A DNA stretch of 64,000 nucleotides from Macrostomum lignano (lineage: Eukaryota), in contig NIVC01002422.1 of assembly GCA_002269645.1 (NCBI GenBank), forward strand, positions 1-64,000, given 5' to 3'. Shown here one piece after another: positions 1 to 10,604 of this stretch; within the stretch, counting starts at the first letter, position 1, and each line of letters begins with the position of its first letter. Under the pieces are notes generated by a model. It was not told the DNA's origin. It saw nothing but the letters and a program-made list of their open reading frames with translations, and ran no database searches. Position numbers and translations under genes: made by a program.

Positions 1-3000
1 TCAGCTCGAACGAAGAGTCAGCTAGGCTCGCTAGGCTGCAGAAAGCGTTCTCAACATCTACTTGGGTCACAGTGTCTGCCATCAACACGTCATCTGCTCT
101 GTTGTTGTCAACGGAGGGCCAGTGGACAACGGCACCGCCAACTTGCGACGATATTGCTCCGCCCAAGTTTGGCTACTGCCCGGCGCTGCTGCAGCTCGAG
201 CTGGGACCCGCCGTGATTCCGCCCGAGTCCCTCACTAAGCCAAACGTTATGGATAATTCTGGCCAAATGCCAACTGTCGAGGTGCAGCCCAGCAGTTTAA
301 GTCGCTTCAATCCGCCTTACTAGCAGCGTTATGGTTAACTACACCGCCACTGACGCCGCCGGAAACAAAGGAAATTGCAGCATTCAGGTTCAACTCGTAG
401 ACAGAACGCCGCCGAAAGTCACCTGCCCACCAAGCGAGGTGTACCAGTACGTGAGCACAGTGACAGAAAACGTAACGGCAGAACTACCTAACATTACTTA
501 CAGCGACTTTAGCGGCATCGCGCTGGCCGAGTATCGTGGTTGAAGCCGAAAGATACAGTCAGGTTCGGTGCGAACTATTTGGTGCAGTTCGTAGTCATGG
601 ACAACGCCAAGAATAATGCAGCTGTCACTTTATCTTCTTGGTTCGCTGTAAGTGTCTACTAAAAATATGAATTTTCTCGCTATTGTCTGTATAAACTTAA
701 AGAAATTCTGACCGCAAACTAAAATGCTTTCAGCTCGCTTCTGTAACAGCCAGACGATACCAGTGCGAAACTCAACGACCTACAAGTCAGTGTGCTCCTC
801 GACTACGAATCGGACGGATTGTAATGTCAGCTGTCCGGCTGGCCAACTTTCTGCCCTGACTGGCACAGACAAGATCGGTGTTACCTGCACAGGCAACTCG
901 TCTTGGGAGTACATGAATAACAAAGTCTACTATGTGCCTGAGTGCTCACGTAAGTTCTCGCCATGACTCATGAGTTATTACAAATCCTATAGTTCTAACA
1001 CATGATAACAATGCTTTTTCTGCTAACGTTCAGCTGTCTTCGGCTACTTGGCTCTGGACTTCAACGCCACCTACCGACCTGCCTCAAGCAAGTGTGGCGA
1101 CGCAGAAAAAGAAAGCTTCAGTTTCGACCTATCGGTTCTGAAGGACATATCCTGCGGTTTTACGAACGTGATGACATTTGGACTAAAGATCGTCAACCTT
1201 AAGAAAGTAAGTCGGCATACGATAATGCGAAATGGCTGATATGCGATTATTTATTTTATTGTAAACCGTTTTTGTTATTCTTGCAAATGCAGAGAAACAC
1301 GTGTAGAAAATTGCATGCAATCGACGCTTTTTAGGAATCGATCGACTTCTCTCTGTTCCTGAAATTCAACTCTAGTTCCGTCGATTTTGGCTCAATGAGC
1401 AACTGCTTGTCATCTGCCGCCAGAAGAATTGGCGCCCTGAACCTGAAAATTAACAGCACAGTTGCTTCATGCAACACTACCAGCGGGCCTGCTTTGCAGC
1501 GCACTGCAATGCCGATGTACAGGTGTCCATCTGGAAGTGTCAAGGTCAACGTCAGCAGCACAGTCGAAATTTGCTGTAAGTGTGGTTTTAAAACCTACGA
1601 TATTCGGAATATGAATTAAAAAATATGAATGAATTCTTACGCATAATTCTCTACGCGCCCGCAGTGATGTGCCCGCCTGGAAGCGTTCAGAAAAACAATA
1701 GCTGCGTTATCTGCCCCAAAACTACTATCAGGACAAGTCCGGAAAGGCTTCGATGTGTGAGAAGTGTCCGAATGGCACTGGAACTTATAGAAACGGATCC
1801 ATCTCTGCCGCGATGTGCAGGCCTCTCTGCAAGCCTGGCTTCTACTCAGATTCGGGACTTGAGCCCTGCCAGCCGTGCATGCAAGGCTCTTACAGCAGCA
1901 GCAACGGTTCGACTGCTTGCATGGCCTGTCCGACTGACGGTGACACCACGCCCAGCGTCGGAACCTCGAACGTGAGCATGTGCGGAGCCCTCTGCCCAGC
2001 TGGCCAGTTCGGAAAGGCCAACGGTGTCAACGTGACGGACAATCTGTGCCAACCGTGTCCCCGTAACACCTGGCAGAACCTCACAGGTCAGGTGTCCTGC
2101 AACACGTGCCCAGAAAAACTTGCCACCGCGGCCATTGGAGCGACAACGAGGGCGCCTGCCAAACAATCAACCAATGCGATGGCTCCCCTTGCTTGAACGG
2201 CGGTCGCTGCATCAATAACTTCACATTCTACACTTGCAATTGCGCTGACACGGGCTATTACGGAATGCAATGCGAGAATAACTTCGACGACTGCAGCACC
2301 GATCCGTGCCAGAATGACGGCGAATGCAACGACCTGGTGGGAGGCTACTCCTGCAGTTGCAAGGAGGGCTACACTGGCGCCAATTGCGAACGGGAACGCG
2401 ACATTTGTGATGAGGAGAGTCCTTGCGTCAACGGAAAGTGCATCTCCGGCTTTAATTCTTATCGCTGTCACTGCGCTCATGGATACAGTGGTGTCAACTG
2501 CACCGAGTCGGATGACCCATGCACGAACACTTCCCTATGCAGCAATAACCTAAACCAGGGCAACTGCACGCAGGACAAAGCAGCTCCACGCGGTTACACG
2601 TGCGCCTGCAGTGGAGACTTTCTGTTGCCTGATTGCGCCATCAGAATGAGCCCTTGCGACCTTCGGCCTTGTGAAAATGGTGGCACATGCTCAGCTTCCG
2701 GCACCACCCGTAGCTGCACCTGCCCACCTGGTCTCACTGGCGACAGCTGCGAACTCGACATTGACGAATCTAAGGGACCTAACCCGTGCCAAAACGGCGG
2801 CACAGTGGTCAATATCTTCAACGGATACGAATGCCAGTGTAGAGCGCCATTCACAGGAATGAACTGCACAAACCAGACCAACAACTGTGACAGCAACCCG
2901 TGCCTGAACGGCGCGACCTGCGTCAACCTAGAAGGCGTCGACAATTTCACCTGTCGGTGCGTGCCAGGCTACAGCGGTTTCACCTGTGAAGTTCGCATGA

Positions 3001-6000
3001 ATCCGTGCGATGCAAACCCGTGCGTGGCAAGCAACACGAACGGACCCTGCGAGTGGACCAACGGCACCGAGTACGAGTGCAAGTGTCTGCCGGGTTGGTC
3101 GGGTACCAATTGCAGCGTTGCCAGCAATCCGTGTGTTGACTTCGAATGCAAGAACGGTGGAACTTGCCGATACAAATACGACGAGGGAGGTTCTGGCACC
3201 GCCTTCTGCGACTGCGCTACCGGCTTCAGCGGACCGCGTTGCGAAGAGAATATCGATGACTGCATGAGCAATCCTTGCGTCAACGGCTTCTGCGCGGACG
3301 GTGTTAATTCTTACACCTGCACTTGTAGCGAGGGATGGAATGGGACTAACTGCGACCAGTTGGGTGACGCTTGCGCAGCAATGAGCTCAAATGCCTGCGA
3401 GAACAACGGCACATGCGTGACAACATCCGATGGCAGCTACATGTGCGTGAATTGCAGCGCCGGCTGGACTGGTCAGAACTGCTCCGAGCTGGTGGACAAC
3501 TGCGCTAGCAAGCCTTGCCTAAACGGAGGTGTCTGCACAAACGAACTGAATGGTTTCAACTGCTCCTGCGTCGACGATTTCACCGGCGATACATGCGAAA
3601 TTGCTCCTAACTACTGTCTCAGCCTGAAATGCTTGAACGGCGGAACATGCATCAGCAGTGCTGAGTATCGCAATGCCTCTTGCAATTGCACAGGCACAGG
3701 TTTTAATGGCGTCAGGTGCGAAAGTAACATCAACGACTGTCCAGCCAACAGTTCCAGCAACGCCTGTCAGAACGGTGGCACGTGCGTTGATGGCATCAAT
3801 AGCTTTACTTGTTCTTGCACACCTGCATTCTATGGGGACCGTTGCGAGAAAGGTACGCACGAAATTTTATGCAGCATGCTGATTCAATATGATCTATTCG
3901 GACTTTTCCGGTATTTAACCCGTTTTTAAATAAAAAATTTGAAACAGGTGGTGGATCGGCAACTGAGAGCTTTGATATCAGCGCTGTGCCCACTGGCGTC
4001 TCTCGCCAAGCACTGAGTGTCAGCGTTGCAAACAACGGATCTTCAACAGCGTACGAAAGGCTTACTCTTACAGCCTACGTAAGACCAACTTCTCAGCTCT
4101 ACGCTGGAGAGATGCTACGTCTTGCCAGGTAAGCTGTGGCTAGTTCTTGTTTTTTATATATTACATGAACCTCAATAAGATTAAAGTAGTGAAACTACAT
4201 GTATCTTCCAACCAACCTGATAGGGGTTCGGCGACAATCTTCCAGTGGAACACAACTGGAGTATTATTCAACAATACGGACGTCGGCTCAGCCAGCGCCA
4301 GCCAGTCTGCCAGCGTGAACACTGGCTATTGGACCAGTCTGGTGCTGACGTTGAACAACTCACGGCTGGTCATTTACATCAACGGATCGGCGCTGCCAGT
4401 CGTTAACCTGCCCGCTGCTGCCGCCTCAATCAATCTTTCAGGCGCTGTTCTTCAACTAGGTGGCCAAGACGGTGGCTTCACAGGCGACTACTCGCAGGTA
4501 AATTTGTTCTCCAATACCTTCACGGCCGCAGAGGCGGTGATATTGGACCAGATCGCCAGGAACTGCACAGCTGCCAGGGTCCTCTCCGGTGATCTGATTA
4601 GCTACCGACATCTGGGAACAGGTGCCTTGGCTGACGGCTACGAGCGCCGCAATCCGTCGGTGTGCCAGACAAACACCTGCTCCGACAGCTTCACGGGCCC
4701 GTCTTGCTCGGAGCTGAGAGACACTGAGCCGCCAAGGATTCTGTACTGCCCGAACTACATCAGCGTAATCAGCACTGGAAACCGCATGACAACTGTAATC
4801 TTTAGAGAGCCCGAGTTTGCTGACAACAGCGGCTCCTTCGTAGTGACTAAGAGTATCGTCAGCGGTACTGTCCTAGCCTGGGGCGAGTACAAAGCCGTCT
4901 ACACAGCGACTGACCCGAGTGGAAACAACCGAATTTGCGAATTTAGTATCTACGTTTCGCGTGAGTGTGCACCGAAAAGACGTTTGGGTAATTGAATATG
5001 ATGATTGAATAATTTCTACTCAAAAAATCACTCCAACAGGCTACCGCTGCGAGGCTCTGGTGATGCCGAACGACAGGACATTCTCCATCTGCGCTTCCAC
5101 GCCGTACGGAAGCTACTGCAAGCTGCTTTGCCGTGGTATGTAGTCATCTATGAACTGTCTATTTTAAGTAATATACGATAAAAATAAAAGTGTAACCTCC
5201 TCTATTAAAAGTGCTTAACTCACCCCAACACAGACGAGGGCCGCACACGTTTGGCCCCAGTTGGTGGGCAGCCGCTGCCGCCATTCTACTACTGCGACCG
5301 CACAGGCAGCTGGTTCCCGCCGGTCGTGCAGCAGCCCTACACCTTGCCTGGCTGCGAGTTCCTCGGCGACGCGCCGACCAGCCGAGCTTCCGGCAACCTC
5401 TCGGCCGCCATCGACACCTGCGATGCTGCCAGTCGCAGTGCTCTCATACAGCGGATGATCAACTACTTCAATTCGTTGAATCTCTGCCAGACGTGCACGG
5501 AGAATGACTTCAGCGTCTCCTGCGTGGTCAGCGTTGGCCGCCGCCGCCGCCGACAGACTGGAAGCTCAGCCAGCGTGTCCTATTCAATCCCCAGCTCCGG
5601 CGGAATCACCACCCTCTGCTCCAACCTCAAGAGAGGCTCGGTCTCCTACGGCGGCACAACTATGACTGGCTCCTGTCCCACGATCACCAGCTCGTGCCCA
5701 GCAGGCCAGATCCTCTCGGGCACCTCGTGTGTACTGTGTCCAGCCGGCACATACGCTACCACTGTGTCGAACGAGTGCGTACCATGCCCTGTGGGCCAGT
5801 ACACGTCAGTGTCCGGCTCCTCAGCCTGCGCCAGTTGTCCATCCGGAAGAACAACGCCCGGAGTTGGTGCTTCGGATGGCACCATGTGTTATTTAATCTG
5901 CCCGGCCGGCCAGTTCATGAACGAAACTCTGGGCAGCTGCCAGAGCTGCCCAAACGGAACCTACTCCAACACTGCCGGCATGGCTCAGTGCTGGGCCTGC

Positions 6001-6852
6001 CCGCTGGGCACCGCCGCCTCCTCCGGGACCTCCAGCAGCTCTGGCTGCCGTGAATGCCCCGCCGGTCAACAGCTGGGCGCCGATGGCACCTGCAGGCCTT
6101 GCCCTGTCGGTTACTACAGAGAGAACAATCCCAACATCACCAGCTGCCAGGCCTGCCCGTCCGGATACACAACGCCTACGGAGGGCAGCGACTCTGTTGC
6201 CAAGTGCAGCGTGGTGCTCTGCTCGCCGGGCAGCTACCGAACCGGCTCCAACACCTGCTCGCAGTGCCCGCTAGGCACCTTCCAGCCGACCGCCGGCCAG
6301 ACCCGATGCCTGCACTGCGGCCGCGGCAACACCACAGTGTCCACTGGCGCAGTGGCGATCTCCCAGTGCGTACGGGGCACAGTTGATGAGTGCGCCTCGG
6401 TCGTCTGGACCTGGTTCTGCAGCCCGAACACAGTCTGCAAGGACACGGCTGACTTCTTTGAGTGTCCTTGTCGTAAGCCGAACTTCGAAGGCGAATATTT
6501 CAACTGCAAATGCGCGCCGAACTACAGCGGCTCAAACTGCGAGGTGTACACCGGCGGCAGTGGCCTATCGACCGGCGCCATCGTGGCGATTGCCGTCTCC
6601 TGCTCAGTCGTGGCCATCGCCGCCATCATCGCCGTCGCCGTTTACTGCGTGAAGAAGAACCAAGGCGCCAATCCGAGCGCCACCTACACGGTGTACAACA
6701 ACCCGTACGCGGCGGAGGTGATGTCCACCATCAGCAAGACCAACAGCGGCTACCAGGGTGACGTCACCGACCAGCCGGAGCTGCGCCACAGCATGGGCTC
6801 GTCTGCTAAGCGCAGCTACATGCACTCAGTGAGTGAAGCAGCACTTGATTAA
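1..6852 (+). CDS. Large type-I membrane EGF/HYR/sushi/GCC2-GCC3/pentraxin-LamG protein, uninflatable (Uif)/SVEP1-like; 5'-partial; five frameshifts in 320..2150
   Basis: Exons inferred from GT-AG sites with consistent phase: <1..647, 734..949, 1034..1206, 1335..1575, 1665..3852, 3948..4128, 4224..4960, 5040..5135, 5234..6852 (TAA). Domain order: sushi-like, HYR x2 (YTATDAAGNKGNCSIQV), sushi-like, CxxCP GCC2/GCC3 repeats, 14 tandem EGF repeats, LamG/pentraxin-like (LQLGGQDGGFTGDYSQVNLFS), EGF, HYR (YTATDPSGNNRICEF), sushi-like, RRRRR polybasic site, GCC2/GCC3 repeats, EGF, TM helix (AIVAIAVSCSVVAIAAIIAVAVYCV), then a cytoplasmic tail of ~65 aa. The order resembles Drosophila Uif; orthology not tested. 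Confidence 0.85.
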
Positions 6853-6887
6853 TTGCTAGTTTTCCGCATGTACAGTAGGTATGTGTA

Positions 6888-7987
6888 ATGCAAGTTACAT
6901 GTGATGATTATACAATAGCTACATGCAATGATCACACATTAGCTACATGCAATGATCACACATTAGCTACATGCAATGATCACACATTAGCTACATGCAA
7001 TGATCACACATTAGCTACATGCAATGATCACACATTAGCTACATGCAATGATCACACATTAGCTACATGCAATGATCACACATTAGCTACATGCAATGAT
7101 CACACATTAGCTACATGTAATGATCACACATTAGCTACATATAATGATCACACATTAGCTACATGCAATGATCACACATTAGCTACATGTAATGATCAAA
7201 CAAATTAGCTACATGTAATGATCACACATTAGCTACATGCAATGATCACACATTAGCTACATGTAATGATCACACATTAGCTACATGCAATGATCACACA
7301 TTAGCTACATGCAATGATCACACATTAGCTACATGTAATGATCACACATTAGCTACATGCAATGATCACACATTAGCTACATGTAATGATCACACATTAG
7401 CTACATATAATGATCACACATTAGCTACATGCAATGATCACACATTAGCTACATGTAATGATCAAACAAATTAGCTACATGCAATGATCACACATTAGCT
7501 TACATGCAATGATCACACATTAGCTACATGCAATGATCACACATTAGCTACATGCAATGATCACACATTAGCTACATGCAATGATCACACATTAGCTACA
7601 TGCAATGATCACACATTAGCTACATGTAATGATCACACATTAGCTACATGCAATGATCACACATTAGCTACATGTAATGATCACACATTAGCTACATGCA
7701 ATGATCACACATTAGCTACATGTAATGATCACACATTAGCTACATGCAATGATCACACATTAGCTACATGTAATGATCACACATTAGCTACATGTAATGA
7801 TCACACATTAGCTACATGCAATGATCACACATTAGCTACATGCAATGATCACACATTAGCTACATGTAATGATCACACATTAGCTACATGTAATGATCAC
7901 ACATTAGCTACATGCAATGATCACACATTAGCTACATGTAATGATCACACATTAGCTACATGCAATGATCACACATTAGCTACATGT
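6888..7987. repeat. 24-bp minisatellite (TAGCTACATGYAATGATCACACAT), ~45 copies
   Basis: Direct tandem units starting ~35 bp after the stop codon; produces the spurious CNDHTLAT ORF. Confidence 0.97.
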
Positions 7988-8000
7988 AAATGTAACTATA

Positions 8001-8366
8001 GGGGGCCGTAGCCCAGCGGTAGCGCAGCTGCTCTGGTGTGCCAGCGACCCAGGCTCGATTCCAAGTGCAGTCACATTAATTTGGGGCTGAATTGGAATCT
8101 CGGCTTGGCTCTGCTCGTGCAATTAACGGCCTTGAGAGCCAACCCCCCAAGGCGCAGTGAAGTGTACATGCCTAACGATAATATAAAGTTAGGGCCGTTG
8201 TACACTCCTGTGTGAGTGTGTGCCTGCGTACGTATCCGCGCGCTTGTATGCCTGCTCAGGGGAGTCGGCGGAATGGGCAGTAATGCCTCTCGCCGGTTGT
8301 GTGCCAATGTCGCTTAAAGTGCGCCAGGGTGCACACAACCCCCTGCCTCTAATAAAAAAAATAAAA
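8001..8366 (+). mobile_element. Full-length tRNA-derived SINE
   Basis: Pol III A box TAGCCCAGCGG and B box GGCTCGATTCC in the head; A-rich tail AATAAAAAAAATAAAAAA; 12-bp TSD AAATGTAACTAT at 7988..7999 and 8367..8378; homologous copies elsewhere in the window. Confidence 0.9.
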
Positions 8367-10159
8367 AAATGTAACTATGGATGAGACAGACGACGGATCA
8401 GCGCTGATAATTAAGCAGAAGTGGTCGTGGCTGGTACAGCAGGTAGATTATTCGTAGACTCCTTGAGTCACCCGATTAAACTCTCAAAGCGACTATCATA
8501 AGCGCGTAACGAAACAAGCCAAGTAATGTACAAGTTAGGCCATTTAACGCTTTTCATCATTAGTGCAATAATCCACCTAAATTTCAGGACTATCTGCAGT
8601 CGCAATTCTGAAGTGTTCATCTCAATCGGAGAAAGCATGGAACAGACCTGACTGTGAACTTTTAGCCAAAACTCGGACTATTTTACTCCACAACTGACAT
8701 CAGCTTTTACATTTCGATCCGGTAGAACCTCAAAGCTTTTTTTGAAAACAAATGCCATGCTCAGTACTTGCAGTAGAAATGAATAGATTTTTGCTTCCGT
8801 TTAAACACAACTTATCCTTATTGTATTGGCCAAATATTTATCCAGAACGGCTACTGAAACTTGTGAATGAATTTTTAGCTACAATGAGCAAAATTTGAAC
8901 AATTCAAACAAAATATTGATGAACGCATTGACGTCAAAAACCTATTATGGCTAAAATATTTTATAATAAATAAAATCTGAAAATACCTCAAAAGCTAAAA
9001 ATTCGACAACACTTCTTTATTAAATATACTGTAATCTAAAATACTGTAATTTTGGTTCAGTTACGTATATTTAAGCCTTAATCTAACCCACATGTACTCA
9101 GATCTTTTTTATCCCGAATCTCTTAGCTTTGAAATTATCCAAATTAATATTTGTTAAAACTAAGCCATTTTGTTTCAAATTTAAACAAAATTCTACTTTG
9201 ATCAATCGCTTGCAACAGGCAAATAAATAAAATTATTGTTTAACACCTTCAATTGTAGCTGATTTTACTACTTTTAAACATTTATTTTTTATGTATTTTA
9301 ATCATTAAAAAGTCCTGTGTTCAAATCCGGACAATAGGATAATATTGAATATTATCGATAACAGTAACAAAGTACTTAGGGAAACACGATACAACATTTT
9401 TATATAATTGTTCAAGCAATATCTAATATCAATACGTCGAAGAAAGAATAAATTATACATTACTTCTAATGATCTAAAGATAAAAAAATGAAAAAAATGA
9501 ATGAGTGAAGTTGGACAAAAAATGTACTTTTAGGCGCCGACGATTAAGGCAAGTTTAGATTGGATAAATAAATCATTTTAATTACTCAAAAAACTATAAT
9601 GCATAATTAAACTATAAAAAACACAGCAGACACTATTCGCTGGGCAATAATAATATAATAGTAATATAAGGCTCGTAGAATTAAAAATATTACGTTTCTG
9701 ACTATTGGAAATAAAGCGGAAAATAAGAGTAACGCGCACTAAGCACTACTTTTTGTAAGCAAGTAAGTAGTGCAGCAGCGAACTAGATAGTGAATAAACA
9801 TATCATCTAGTTTGTTCTGCTATCACGCGATTGAAAATTTAGCAGAGGCTGTCGAGAGTCGCTGTCTCCGTAGTGGCTTTCGTTTGTCTCCACCTGCAAG
9901 TGGGTACCCGGGGCGGAGTGGTGTTATTAAATGCTAGCTAAGCTAGCTTTATCAGGGCAGCGATACAGCATCTGCAGCATTGACAAAGTAAAACTGAGAC
10001 AGAAGTTGAGTTAAGTCACCAAATAAAGTGCGCATTTTGTCGGCCTAAACTAAAGACCATTAATTTATTATTATGCTGGATAGGATAGAATAATGTAGAG
10101 ATACCAAGCCACTGTATTATACGGATTTATGACAAGGCGGACAGGACAGACAGATACAA

Positions 10160-10194
10160 AAATATAAACAGACAGACAGACAGACAGACACTAT

Positions 10195-10280
<86 letters not shown>

Positions 10281-10339
10281 GAGACAGACAGACACACAGA
10301 CAGACAGACAGAAAGAAAGACAGACAGACACACACAGAC

Positions 10340-10378
<39 letters not shown>

Positions 10379-10380
10379 GG
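10160..10380. repeat. (GACA)n microsatellite
   Basis: Long imperfect GACA run downstream of the MTAP stop codon. Confidence 0.95.
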
Positions 10381-10604
10381 CAAATACATATGACAGGCAA
10401 CAATTGGCCTACTGTTAACACAGGCGTGTAAGTGCTGGTGAGAAGTAAGACACAACAGACGTTATGCAAAGAGCTGTAAAGTGCAAGTTAGTAAATGGCT
10501 AAGGAAGTAAACAACATTTCAGCATGCTAGAAAAGTGCTAAGAGTGCGCAAAGCACACACATGAGTGCACAGAGACTGACAGCGGCTCTGTCCGCCTCTC
10601 TGTC

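Noticed and set aside
300-2160. Programmed ribosomal frameshifting in the EGF gene
   Set aside because: Five shifts in different contexts with no common slippery heptamer or stimulatory structure; indel error or decay is simpler.
6700-6715. NPxY endocytic motif in the cytoplasmic tail
   Set aside because: The sequence is YNNPYA, i.e. NPY-A, which does not fit NPxY spacing.
6888-7208. Periodic ORFs such as CNDHTLAT, LSVC, RASRTRVVAHG, WEFNGSQ, DQAVPI and SRKPQFPIKE here and at 10.1, 22.9, 31.6, 50.5, 51.6, 55.3, 57.2, 60-62 kb
   Set aside because: Translations of stop-poor tandem repeats in introns, UTRs or TE ends; no domain signal.
8001-8075. tRNA gene
   Set aside because: A and B boxes are present, but the acceptor stem does not close and the sequence continues into a SINE body with A tail and TSD.
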